Assembly: GCA_965637545.1 (NCBI GenBank)
Contig: OZ281501.1
Span: 16,616,001 to 16,680,000, forward strand
Direction: 5' to 3'
From: Phallusia mammillata
Taxonomy: Eukaryota
DNA: 64,000 nucleotides
In this document: piece by piece, positions 1-12,647 of the stretch
How positions within the stretch are numbered: the stretch's first letter is position 1
How the letters are laid out: every line of letters starts with the position of its first letter
Translations under genes and position numbers: made by a program
Notes under the pieces: model-generated
The model's database searches: none
The model's input: only the letters and a program-made list of their open reading frames with translations
What the model was told of the DNA's origin: nothing

Positions 1-3000
1 TTGGCTCAGAGATCGGTGTGTGGAATGTTGAAACGGGAAAACACCAGCATATGGCGTGTCAAAAATTTCATTCCTTTGCAGGTTAGTTGTGTTTTAAGAT
101 TTCTATGTTTCAAAGCTGCTATTTTTTCAACGCTAAAGATTAGGTGATTTAACTGGATTTGAACGTTGCCAACGTATATGAACAACACTATATAATTTGG
201 AAATGTTAGTTTTATGTTAAAATCTGAAAGATTTCTCATTTATAAGACAAATTTGATTCACTGTGAAAGCATCATTAGTGTCTATATGCTTGGATGTGTA
301 TAAAGAAAACATTTTCGCTGTATCACGAATTTAAAGTCTAACAGCTGTGCAATGTTTAAGGTTCTTTACTAGATATTCGGCTTCTAAAATTGGCCAAAGT
401 TTTGGTCCAAAAGGTACAGAATTTTTATATTGCAGTTCACTCAAACGCTGGATTTAAATAGAACATATAATACGTTCGGTAAAATACACAATGCCACGAA
501 CTCCAAGTTTGGCAGTTGTACTATTTAAAAATGTAAAAAAATGTAAACCATTATACACGGACTTGAAAAGTAATTTAATCATAAACATTACTGCTAAAGT
601 ACTGTTGTATCCTGCATTGATAGACCTGCACTGATGATGACAACAGAGATTGTTGAAACGTCTGCATGATGTATTCTATATCCATCAGTACTTTGGCAGT
701 AATGTTTATGATTAAATGTTAACCAATCCTGTAATATTTGAGGAATTTTTTTTCATTTACCAGCCAGTTCTGAATTTGTCGTTTCATAGGAAGTTGCATC
801 GATCTTCAGTATTGCGTCACAATCAGTGAACAAGAGACGACAATGCGAGTGCACAACCTAGCGGCAAACGTGGATGACAAGACTGTAAGTAGGACCCAGG
901 TGAAAAAGGAATCACTGGGAATCGGAGAGTTCTACCCTCTGACTAGTAACAGCAAGTGAGTAACTCTTAAAACTATTTTGCATTTATGCCTCATGTTATT
1001 TTACCGGTAAAACTACTAACATATGAATTGACACCAGACAAAGATTGCAAATATCGAAATTTGGCGTAAAAGGACTGGTAATACATTGACAGTAAGACGG
1101 GAAAAAGATTACGAACTAAGTTTTAAGCTCCTGAACTAACGTTTTAAGTACGTTTTAAGGTTATTGTTATAAGGAAACCCCATTTTAACCTAAATGCATT
1201 AACCGATATATTTTTGTACATAATTTACTTTTTAAAAGTTAACCAGGCTTTTTGTGTCACCTGTAGGTATTTGAAAAACTTTACTAATGTAAGTTTATAC
1301 GTTGGTACATTGTTTAATTTTTCCAGCATCTTACAAAAGTATCAAAAAACTATTATACATTGTTAACCTTGCTCTAGGATTGGTTTGGAATCCCAAGCAT
1401 TATTCTAAGGGCAAAATAGTGCATGATATATCATTATTGTTCGTTATGGTTAGGGTCAAATGTGTTTATAATAGCAAGCCTGAGGGAAAAAAGTCTAAAC
1501 TCGTATAAGCGTAGTAGAGAGCAAATAAGTTAACCAATTATAAACGTTTAACATGCTCTATGGCGCCCCATGTGTTTCCGATCTGTGATATTCGACGTGA
1601 CTATGTTGGTGTACGTTTAGTTGTGCTTGGTGCCTTGTGAAAGACAAATGTGGTTTTCGCTGTCGCATTTTATATGCTGGTTTTACTCTTTTGGTAAAAA
1701 ATGCTTTTTGCCAACTTGCAGGTCTAGATCGAACTAAACATGCGTGTTACTAGTGCGCTATTTGAAATGAAATCACAACTTGCACTGTAGGTACGTGGTG
1801 GCACGTGGTATGGATAACGGACCAATCACAGTGTGGAATATAACACGTGGTCGATGTACAGGCGAAGTAGTCAGCATTGAACGTGGCTTGCTCGAAAAGA
1901 ACGACGTCGTTGTGGTGAAGGACGTTCAAGTCATTGTGCTCTCGGATAGAGGGATTTCCCAAAAGGACGCAGCGCAGCATGTGAGTATTAGAGGGCTTGA
2001 AAACACCTCATATGATATAATGTAGTGATAAATATACTAACTCTACAGACAAAAACTTGTGAAAAAGCCTTGTTTTAATAAACAACTATAAAATGATTGT
2101 CTTTATTTCTAAAATTTTCCCTAGTTTCGACTTTTTTTCTTTTAATAGTTTCAACTTCGTTCAGTATTTAATTCACCCTATGCTCGCCACCATAATTTTG
2201 GGACCTAATATGAAACAAACTTGTTTTTATCAAATGAAAATACCACTGGTAACAATATTAACACTGAAACATGTCAGCTTGTATAATTCGTTTTTATGTA
2301 CAAAATTGGAACGGTGAAAGACAAAATATATTTTTGCAAATAGTGGCTGTAATGCAAATATTTGTGTAAAATCGCCAATTTGGAAATCACCATCTTTTCC
2401 CAGTCATCCATTTTTAGCTGGATCATTTGCAAAATTGCATGTACATGATATGTGGTGTTTCTTAGGTGTTTAAGACCCTCTTTGTTTACGATTTGAGGAC
2501 AAAGAAATATTCCAAGAAGCTGCACCCTGTCGAAATTACTATCTGCCCGCCCTCCGAGTATCACGTGCTTGGTTCTGATAGGCTGATCGCTGTGTCACAT
2601 GACCGAAGCCATTTTGTCATATGGAGTCTCGTCACTGGATGCGTAAGTGCCGAGTGACAAAAACTAAGAAGAGTAGTTGTTTTGCAAATAGTAATTAAGA
2701 GTAGTGGCATTGAACTTTCAATATGTGCAGATTTGGTTGCTTATTGTCAGTGAAAATATAAGTATGTACAGATTGAACGATCATAGTACACCAGGCCTAT
2801 TGAATGCGTAATACCGAATCAAGTCGGTCTCCCAAGCACTATAACGCCTTCAATAGGCCTGGCGTAGTATAATTTATCTATGAGTGTGCCGTGATCGCTA
2901 GCTTCAGCGCTGATCGCAGCGTGGTTGTACTCACCTCAGCAGATTGAAATAAGGTCCGAAAATTCCAATTGTTATGCAAAAAGTTTAGGTTTTGCAATTT

Positions 3001-5938
3001 TCATTTGCTCAAAAAACAAACAAACAAACAATTTCACACATCGATAAATTCCGTTTAGGTGATTTCCCGAATTCCTTTGGACTTCAGCAAATACGTCATG
3101 GCTGAGAAAGAGGCCAAAGCGAAACAGAATGACAAGAGATGGAAAAGACGCAAAGAAAAGGTGAATTTGTTAATTTATGCAACCGCCAAAAGCAATCGCT
3201 TCACAAGAAAACAGCACATTTTAATTAAATCTAGTCAGCTTGCACCAAATTCGATTTTTTTATTAAACACTGAAACTAGTACAGACGAATCTGGTTTATT
3301 GCATAATCCGTTCAAAATTATAGAAATAGAAAAGCCAATTCTGGTCCTAGATGACGTCTGGAAAGTCGCATAATCCGGATAATTGCATAAAAAGCTTATG
3401 CGATTTACCAGGTTAGTCTGTAGAACCCAAACTAAACTACAATGATCTTAATTTATTTGCAGTCGAAAACTCATGATCAAACCAAGAAAATACATCAGCC
3501 CCATAGTGGGGGAAGCCCTTGTCATTTGTCAGAGGACGAGCGAGGTCGATTGATTGATCAAGTGTTGCTAAGCGACGACGAAAGCACCCTCCTCTGTTCG
3601 TTTTACGGTCGCCACGTTGCAGTGATTGACGTCGAACAACATCGCCACATTCACACGCTGACAAGCAAGAATTCCATGCTGTTATTACACCAGGTCAACT
3701 TGTTTGCTTGAGAAGATTGAAACTTTAAAATTTGAATGATAGTAGAACACTGAAATAGACAACAGTACATAACAAGAACTATAACATATGGGTCAAATAT
3801 ACCCTTTCGAAACACTAGTTTCGTATCTTAGCAGGCCATGAATATGCAAATTTAATGGTCGGGTATGTTTGTGCAACTGTTTGGCTGATCACTCGGGTTC
3901 TGGCTCGGCTCGGCCCATCCCTAATATACATCTAAGTTGTCAAGTTGATAAAAGATCCAATTTTAAATTATCTTTGTATGGTTTAGCATCTACCATGCAG
4001 TCTTGGGGAGGAAAAAATTTTTTTGAATTGTTAATGAGGAATTCGTGTCTAAAGGTTGGGAACCACTGTCATAACACAACTTTTCACTTGCAGGCCAAAC
4101 TAACATATCGCGGCTGCCATCTAGTGCATACAAACTATGATGACGTAAATAAGACGTCATATCTCAACGTGTGGAGCCTACGTCAGGGCTGCGTCATCAG
4201 AAGGCTTAAGAACGAGCCTTTGGTTTGTGGTCTTGCTGTGTCAGAAAACGCAAATAAAATTGTGTTTGCAACAGAAGACAACTTTATCAAGATATGGGAA
4301 CCATTCAAGTATGGTTAAGTTAGTTCAAACAGTGAAGCAAAATACTGACACATAAAATAGTATTTTCATTTTCACTCACCACAAAATTGCTATTGTATTT
4401 AAACGTACCACGTGTAATGTAAACTTATGATTGCAACACTAAAGTTGCTTTGCTCTGGACTTTTTAACAGTTTGGTGTTAAGTAATTATATATTTAAGTT
4501 GAGGGCCATGTTTTGTAAGTTATTAAGCCGTATAGCACAGAGTGATGGGGAAGCCTTATCCAAAATCACCAAAAAATACCTAGAAAACACATTTTTTATC
4601 CGGTATTACTGTACAAATCACAGTACGCCAGGGCCATTGAAGGCGCTATACCGAATCAGCCGGTCACCAAGCATTCACCACCATATGGCAAGGCGTAGGC
4701 TAGAAAAATCTGCATAGACGCTTCAGGGCTGATCCCAGTTATGAATTTATGTTCTTCTTAACTATTACTGTACAACATTGTTTTTCGAAAAACACTTGTT
4801 TCGGATAAATAAAAGCGTTAAGACACTCAGTCAGGTGCTACCATAAGCATTCTTGTTGATGTGTTTGATTTAGTGTACGGTATTTAAGAACATTTGTTTG
4901 GAAACACCGACATAAATTAACACATGTCTGTTGAATATTTTACCAGGCGCGGTGCACATCGTCGTATACCAGGCTACGATGGTTTGCGCATGCGCAGAGG
5001 CGCCGGAAAACACCACACGACAAGCGTTTTTCTTGCCAAATCGGCCACAAAAGCAATACTTTTCGCTCATGAAATTTCATTGTGGGATCTAGAAAATGAA
5101 TATGTGATTTCCAAATTCACTCCAGATGTACCGGTTCGTTATTTATATTCTTGCAAAGTGTGTTCTAGAAAACAGGGCTTTCCACATTTTAGCTCAATAC
5201 CTCTACTGAAATTAAGTGGAAACATTTCGTTTTTTCTTTTAAATACTGAATTCGGCTGTAAAAAAATCTTTTGCTTTGATGTCTTAAGCATGGGCTTACC
5301 TTGCCAAATAGTTTTACAATTACAAACTTAACACAAAAGTTTTCTGTATAAATTGTAGTTTTTAAGACTGTGGGGGCTTAGTTTGCCTAAAAGTTAATCT
5401 GTTGTATGCAGTGGTGGGATTTAATTTTTTTGTCAGGCATTTCTATCACAAAAGTCATATTTTTCAGTCATGTCTTTTACAAAAAGTCCGTTGAGAGTAA
5501 CCAGTAATGCTAACCGGTTCGCTGATCTTATAGAATTTCGTGAGACGGTTATATAGAACCGGTGCGAACCGGCTGAATCCCAGCACTGGCTGTATGCCAC
5601 ACTAAAATTGCCAATTGGCTCTTTAGGCTGTATTGTTCTTTTTGCTTGTTTTTTATACTCGCGGTTATGGAAAGCCCTCGTCTACAACACCGCATAAAAA
5701 TTCTTTGTATTTGTACTTTCAGTTCAGTTGTTGCACAGTGGCGATGGATGGCCGTCTTATCATCGCTGGTCTACGGGACGCCCCCAGGGTGGTTACACTT
5801 CGCCTAATGTCACGTGACTTAAACGCAAGTCAGTACGGCCGCGTGGCGCTGGGTGACGCTGCGGAGTCAAAAATGTTTGGCGAAAGAGAGGAAATTGACT
5901 CCGAGAGCTCAGAAGATGAGATGTCTGGTGTAGAGTAA
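1..5938 (+). CDS. 3' part of a multi-exon WD40-repeat protein gene, probably NACHT/WD-repeat (NWD1/NWD2-like); the 5' end lies outside the window
   Basis: Hand-spliced GT-AG exons with compatible phases: <1-81, 790-955, 1791-1980, 2466-2642, 3059-3160, 3463-3693, 4094-4308, 4947-5133, 5723-5938 (TAA). WD-type strand ends include IGVWNVETG, ITVWNITRG, FVIWSLVTG, LNVWSLRQG, IKIWEPF and ISLWDLENE..SKFTPD, followed by an acidic tail (EEIDSESSEDE). The NWD assignment rests on recalled resemblance of the C-terminus; no NACHT domain is visible here. The 5133 donor is the less certain of two options. Confidence 0.8.
573..717. mobile_element. Short foldback/MITE-like element
   Basis: 32-bp inverted repeat with 1 mismatch: ATTTAATCATAAACATTACTGCTAAAGTACTG (573-604) versus CAGTACTTTGGCAGTAATGTTTATGATTAAAT (686-717). 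No clear TSD. Confidence 0.55.
2785..2868. mobile_element. Small MITE-like hairpin; a related partial copy lies near 4622-4680
   Basis: 29-bp imperfect inverted arms at 2785-2813 and 2840-2868 (core CCAGGCCTATTGAA / TTCAATAGGCCTGG), flanked by TA. The left arm and centre recur near 4625 as GTACGCCAGGGCCATTGAAGGCGCTATACCGAATCAGCCGGTC. Confidence 0.55.
5409..5588. mobile_element. Non-autonomous hAT element (MITE) in the last intron of the WD40 gene
   Basis: TIRs CAGTGGTGGGATT ... AATCCCAGCACTG. 8-bp TSD GTTGTATG / GCTGTATG (1 mismatch). Subterminal AACCGG motifs. Confidence 0.8.
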
Positions 5939-6979
5939 AACTACATGGAACTTAAAAAGAAACGTCTTTATTTACAACTTGGTGATTTTTTTTGTCAATG
6001 TGCCTCGATTATCGCAGTTTGTCATTGTTTTTTTAAGTTACTTATATTTACAAAGCGGTAATGTGCCAAATATGTTACAAAAAACTTTACAGACATTTGG
6101 GGGTAAAAAGCATTGATTTATCTTAATTTACAGATGTTAAATGGGGCCATTATAGGTGATTGTGTTCAGGTTGTTTGATTACATAACTACTTTTCAAATG
6201 TCTGATTGAAAACCTGGAGATCTCCAGAAGTGCCTTAGTGTTTAAATAAACAAAGGCAAGTAATGTAGTGATGTAGGCCCAATAAGCAAGTGTAAGTTTA
6301 TGTAAAATTTGCTAACTAACAATACTACATTTTTACAACAATTGAATAGAACCCAATGTGTTTTTGTAATCCTTTTTATCAACAACACACAATAACAAAC
6401 GACAATTTTTAGGCCTACCAAATTGTCAACAAAAAAATTGTAAACAGCCACTTTGTGTGTAGAAAGAAACTAACTATTACAGTCTAGTTTGGATTAAGCT
6501 ACTTGCAGTATATTCAGTAAGCAAATATCAGAAAGCTGCCAGAAAAGTGTGCATTTTTATATTTAACTTATGAATTTAGTTTTCGAATGGCCAATTACCT
6601 TTTATTAAAAAGGGTAGCATGCTCTTAAGAGGGCGTTGGATAGGCCTTATTTGGAAAAAAAGTAATCACTTTAATTCAGTTTTAAAACGACTGTTTAAAA
6701 TGATTGAATAGTGCAAAAGGCGAATATAGCACTCTGGTGTTTTTACAATCAGCTCCAAATGATTCACAAGCTGGTTTAAACCTGTTAAAATCTTAATTTT
6801 GAGAATATGTTGAAATGCTTTTCAATTATCTGGTAAAACTGTTCCCCAAAAATGTTTTCTTTTTACGACATCACCATTAGACACGCTTGAGCAAGTTTTG
6901 CAACAAGACAACCAATCAGCGTTAATTCTAATTTACGCATGTCCAAGTCGTTCTTTGTTTAGATATTTGGCTAGAAAAG

Positions 6980-8037
6980 ATGGCGGCTGGATTGCTGGGC
7001 GGTAAGTTGTTTGCATTTGTTTTTTAACCGTGTTATACAAAAGTAAATGCATTGTAATAACTGTGTCTGTCCTTATTTAAAGCATGACTGACGTTTTTTG
7101 CTGTTTACGTTGTTTTTGCTTAGATGCTAGCTTATATCTTTAAGTTTTAAATGCATCTAAACTATTTTTAAGTTACATTAGAATTACATTGAACATTAAA
7201 CACAAAATTATAATCGGAAGCTTTTTGTTGGATTAGCATTACATATCAAAGTTTTTAACAACCTGTAAAGTTAACTAAAAGTTGCAAATTAACCTGATTG
7301 CAAGAACAACCTGCCTTGGGCTTTGTGACGTCACACAACAAAATTTTGTCACAATTAGAAGAGATTTAGGGAAACTTTTTCATGTGTATTTTTCATGTGA
7401 GTATTCTTGCATACTAGAAATGTTTAAAGTAAATAACATCAAACGCATATTACCATGATTTTTTCTGTGAAGTCACAAATGTATGTTTATTTCACAATAG
7501 GATAAGACAGTGGTTCCCAAACTGTGGGCCATGGCCCAGCACTGGGCCACCAAGACATTTTCAATGGGCCACAGAGCCATTTAGATAAATTCTACTGTTT
7601 TGTAATACTGTTTTAGATAAATTCTACTGTTTTGTAAAAATACTGCGCTTTGTTTTAAAAAACGTAATTTTTGCAAAGAATTCTGAATCTTGTAGCCAAA
7701 TTTCAGGAGCATGTATCTCATTAAAAATAAATTGCTGGAAAATTTCGCCTGTTTTTGAGTTATTTTTTTGTTTGTGTCCAAATTTACAGCACGTGGTGGG
7801 CCACGAATCGCTATTAAATAGACATTAGGGCCACAGACCCAAAAAGTTTGGGAACCCCTGGGCTAAGATATAAAAAAATTTGCGTTTTAGTCTGTATTTT
7901 TTTATTTACTTTATATTTAGCTACTTATTGCTTCATTTGACGTTTTGTCTCTAGATTTCCAATCTTCTCAACTGGACTTTATTAACGACTTTCCATCCAT
8001 TTCGCAACTGACGTTCTTCAACTTCAAATATTTACTT
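6980..8037 (+). CDS. Putative first two coding exons (6980-7001, 7955-8037) of an unidentified small gene
   Basis: AAGATGGCGGC start context (YY1-type motif over the ATG) with CCAAT at 6912-6916. A strong GTAAGT donor follows a 22-nt phase-1 exon. A phase-compatible downstream exon (TCTAG acceptor, GTATGT donor) gives MAAGLLGDFQSSQLDFINDFPSISQLTFFNFKYLL. Later exons could not be resolved. Confidence 0.4.
7508..7860. mobile_element. Non-autonomous hAT (Charlie-like) MITE
   Basis: TIRs CAGTGGTTCCCAAACT ... AGTTTGGGAACCCCTG. 8-bp TSD GGATAAGA / GGCTAAGA. Repeated GGGCCA subterminal motifs and an internal duplication of TAGATAAATTCTACTGTTTTGTAA. Confidence 0.85.
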
Positions 8038-10238
8038 GTATGTAAACATAGGAGTCTGTCGTGGGTCAACTAGGATTTTAGAACTGTTAGGCTTAACGTA
8101 GGCTAACTGGCGTTAGGATTGAGTGACCTACTCTTTGTCCGAGAAGGACCCGTGGAGGAAGTCTTTCTCAGTCAAAGAATGGTCCAAGTCTATAGGGGTG
8201 CTGCTATGTCAGTCAGTTGGCGCTAGGGCTAGAAGTAGAGTGGCACTCGTTAACTAAGGTTAGGCTAGGTAACATAGGTGGGGTACGTTTGGGATTCGCG
8301 CGCCACGTAGGGACCTATCTTAGATCGTTTCGTAGCTAGGTGTGGCGCGTTGCTAAATGGCTTTAGCTAAAATAAGGTGCGCATAGAAACACGGTCTGGG
8401 CATGGCCTCGACCGCATTGCATTGGCCGCGGTGTAGGCGGAACCGAGCACCGGACACAGCTACTCTCAATGATAGCTTAGGCCCGTAAGCTGGAGAGGGC
8501 CGGCATAGCATTTTGCCTGAAAAGTTCCGCGATCCACCCTGATAGGGCGCAAACTGTTTTTAAATTTCACAGCCCTAAGGTTGCGTGAAATATTTGGGTC
8601 ATTGGGAGGACATAAGGGGCAAGGGACGTGATGCTATGTTGTTCAGTTATACGTTGTAAACATCACAGTCCCTTTAAAACAAATGTTCGCGCTTATGTTA
8701 ATTGTAAAGTTAGGGTTGTGGTGATTGTTATTGGACTTGATCGGCTTCATTCTTGCACAAGCTTTTAATCAAATAATTTTATTCAATAAAAAAGCGTGCA
8801 ATGTGGCGTTTACACTAAATCATTATACAAAAAAATACTTGTACATTTTGTCTACTACCATGTCCCAAATCAAATTCGCCGATCAAGTCCTGTTTTGTAT
8901 TATTCGTGGATATAGGCTAACTTTACTCACTACTGTTAGTTCTAAATTCCTATTTGACCTGGCCTTCCAGTCACTATGGGGCACGATTTGGCTGTTCGGA
9001 TGGCTATAAAACACGACAGACTCGCCATTTTACTTTTTAAGCTATGTTGCGGCGGTTGTATACAGAAAGATTAGTTGAGGCAAGTTTTCGTTCTGTATGT
9101 TTAACGTCGGCCACACTGGCGATGGCGGTTTAGGCGCTTTTTTTAGGAACTGCTGGGCGTGTGTCTCGGGATGAAAGAAGCAGAAAAACAACCGAATCGT
9201 CCCAGACATTGTATTTGCTGGTTTCCTTTCTGAGGGACATATTTTGACTTCTCTTTTGACTTTTTCAACTGCTTTTGTCCACCGAGTTTTTGGCATGGTT
9301 GCACAAAATATTCAATCTGGCATAGATATTGTCAATTCCCTCAACAGTTTTGTTTGACTTAAAAACTGCATTGCTAAACACTAGAAGCTGCTCTGAATGT
9401 GTTTGGTGATAGGTACTTTAAACTGAACTAATGCAAAAGGCCTTGTTGAATTATTGTAGTTGTGTTTTTAGGTTGAATAACTTTCGGTAACTATCCCTCT
9501 AAGATTGATTAAATTTTTAAACAGTAATAGAACTGGTACATATTTGGACAGTTTACGTGCAATTGTTATATTTTGCTATTGTTAGATGTCATATGTCGTA
9601 TAACATCATCAGTCGCCCCTAACCTTGTAAAATGGTCAATCGATGGGATAATTAAATACGTTTGTACACTTATTGCCAAAATAAAATCAGTAGTATAAAC
9701 TTCCAGCGTACAACTTTAACACACCTATCCCTAGCAGCACATTAAAAACACGATGTGGATTGGGACCTGCCTGGAACAATATTCCAAAAAAAAACGTTGA
9801 CAAATGCAAAATAACATTTATTTGTCTATATGCACCATTTTTTGCATTGTAAAATTGTTTGTTTCGAGATTATTCTGTCGTTTTCCCTTTTTCATCAAAA
9901 AAATGTGTGCAGCGTTTGCTTTTCTATCCTTTTTGTTTCCGTTACATAGACCAGTTCTTGGGGGTGTTGTGCATTTTAGATCAGCCTGTCAGGTTCTTCC
10001 TGTCAAACTGTATGTGTTTATGTGCATCGCTCGCTGGTTCGGTTGTACTAACCATATAAACCGCCATCGTCAAGCGTATGTTGCGAAAATGCAAATTTAG
10101 CATAGGGTTTAGCTGTTGGCCAGTCTGTATAACGATTCGTAGAAGTTTTTGCTCTGTTTTGAACGACAAACTTTGCTCCAAGTAACACTTGAGGTTAGAG
10201 GTATTTTGATATCAAACACTAACTGTATTTTGTAGCAT

Positions 10239-10277
10239 ATGTGTATTGGTATGTGTATTGGTATGTGTATTGGTATG
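10239..10277. repeat. 12-bp tandem repeat (TATGTGTATTGG)x3
   Basis: Read directly from the sequence. Confidence 0.85.
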
Positions 10278-11276
10278 AACCTATTATGATTTTGTCTTTG
10301 TAGGTTTTATAAACGGATTTTCATTGGGCCGACCAATAACCCTTACAATGCGCCAACCTAACGCATTTAAAATAACTTCCACACCATGTGTCCTTGATGT
10401 ACATGCCTTCTGCCGGATTTATATATGAATAAACTGATTAGGCCACCTCTGTCAAAATGCCATCATCTTTGCTAGCAAGCTGAACTGCTAAAAACATTTT
10501 AAGATGTCAGCAACAGGAGGTTGCCTGCAAAAAGCTAGACAGGAAATTGTGCACAATGCTTATGGTTTGCCGAAAAATCATCCTTGAATTCAATACAGTT
10601 TCCAAATTCTTTCTTGTGGTTAGAGACTTAAATCATTTCCTGTTTGTGGAAACTGAAATCATGGGTGCAATAGCCTGTTGATTATAAGATGGCTTGTTTG
10701 GAACTTTAAACACCGGCAAAACGTGCGGATAGGTTTAACAAATTGGTTTAAACCTAATATGGGTCCAAAAATAGCCAAAAGCTCGCAGTTGCTGGTACAA
10801 CTATTGTGAAGCCTAGTAAAATGACTCGCAGTATTTCACAAATCATTTCTAGCAATTTTAATCAAGTTTCCGAGGTAATTTGATTCTGGTGCTGTATCTT
10901 TAATAAACCCCTTGTCCAAAACTGTTGCATATTCTTAGGATTAGGTGTGTTCGATTTTGTTTGGCGTCAAGAACCAAAAAGTACCTTCATGTCCATCAGG
11001 CTTGCTACCTTACATTTTGTGCTTGCTGCGTAGCAAATTTTGTTGCTGCCCCGAGAGATCTTTCCTATATTCAACTAATGCGCTGCTTCACTTTGTCCAT
11101 AGAAGCCAGATTCGTTGAAGTACTTAAACAAGGCGTATACATCAATGATACTACGGTATTGTATTAGATTTGATTATAAACGAGTATACAGACACGATCG
11201 CTTACTGCACAAGGTTAGTTGTGACATTCGGACAATAGGGGGCGACTTTTCACAAAATTGCACTTGTCAACTCGGT

Positions 11277-11282
11277 TTTATT
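11277..11282 (-). terminator. Probable polyadenylation signal of the giant VWF/mucin-like gene
   Basis: AATAAA on the - strand, about 130 nt downstream of the stop codon at 11414-11416. Confidence 0.55.
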
Positions 11283-11413
11283 CCAGCCTAAAATGCGATC
11301 GGTTACAACAACAGACAAGCATATCTACACGGATATACGCAAACTTTAAAAGCAGGATATAGTAAAATAACAACAGCATCAGTTTCAGTTCCAGTTAAAT
11401 TGTCACAACAAGG

Positions 11414-12647
11414 TTAGCGACGGCCGAACGGTCGAGGTGTGGTTGGGGCCTCGCATTCTGTTACTTTGCATCCACAGCCCAACACGATATTTTGTGTGTG
11501 TGTTCGTGCTATGCTATCATCGCAAAGCATGAGGAACTCTCTGGGCATAGTCTCCGGCAGACAACACTTGCATTCGCCTGGGAAAAATAAATAAAAAATT
11601 GGTTACATTTGAAGTCAGACCAGATTGGTATCCGAGTAAAGATTTTGTGCTATTAACCTTGTACCATTATACCATAACATGGCACTTATACAAATCAGAA
11701 ATCGAAGCAATACATTGCCCCAAAATTATGGAATTGTCCTCCAAAGGAAGTTAAAAATACAATTTCTACAAGGGAATTTATTTCAATTATCACTTCTTTT
11801 TTGTGCATGATGCGATAGCAACAAATAACTGTAAAGTGGATATTTGGTTCTTAGCAAGGCGCTTTTTGTAGTTTTTCGACATTCCTCCACTCCACGTCAC
11901 CCCACAAGGTCTCACTTACCAACGCACACTTGATAAACCGCATGTTTTTTTGGCCACTAATGTTATTATTGCCGTTGTGTGTGTTCTTCCTTCCGGCGCT
12001 TAAAACTATCCGGTAGGGATTCTTTCGGTGCTTTCTTTTCCTGTCATACACTACCCTATTTCCCTAACATGGGTGGTTAGTTTATAGGCCCTCTCGACTG
12101 GTCCCACCAACGTTCCCTTCCGGTCGTGTTTATCAACACCGCACCAATTTTACTTTCCTGTGAGCCCCAGTCTCCTAACGCTTTATACTACTGTGTAGCT
12201 GCAGCGCGATTAGGTGTCGTCCACCAATTGTGCTTTTCACTGTTTTGCGCTCCATTACGCAGCTACTTCTGGCTTGGAGATCGTTTTTAGTCCTATTGTG
12301 TCGCTATGTTTCTTTCACCTAGCAAAATAAACTCAACTCAAGTTTGCAGCTTCTCGCTTTATGTGGGTGACTTTGTCTAAAAGTAAATGTTGCTGTGAAT
12401 AAATAAGGCTGAGTATTTATCGTTACTTTGTTGATTCCTGGGTAACCCTGACGTGCACCAACTAAAGATAATGGTTAATTACCTTCCATTTCCCCAGTAA
12501 CATCGTTGATTGTGTGTTTAGTGGGACAAGAACCGACACAGAAACTAATTTCAACTTGACCAGAAGTCCAGCATTCGTGGCTGTCAACTGTTGCGTTCAA
12601 CCTTGCTGTTTCAATTCCAACTTCACACGGGAAAGTGGTTTCCTCAC
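11414..12647 (-). CDS. C-terminal cystine knot (CTCK) exons of the giant gene
   Basis: Exons 12647-12483 and 11577-11414 encode [42 protein letters not shown]. This is the 11-Cys CTCK pattern (CxGxC, CxCC, CxC) typical of VWF and mucin C-termini. Confidence 0.88.

Noticed and set aside
8940-9340. Fragments with faint resemblance to PEX11 or other membrane proteins
   Set aside because: In-frame stops interrupt the similarity and no consistent spliced frame was found. It may be chance or a pseudogene, and needs a database search.
12293-12318. Candidate terminal exon after 12483
   Set aside because: It stops after 8 codons and would truncate the CTCK. Exon 11577-11414 completes the knot.
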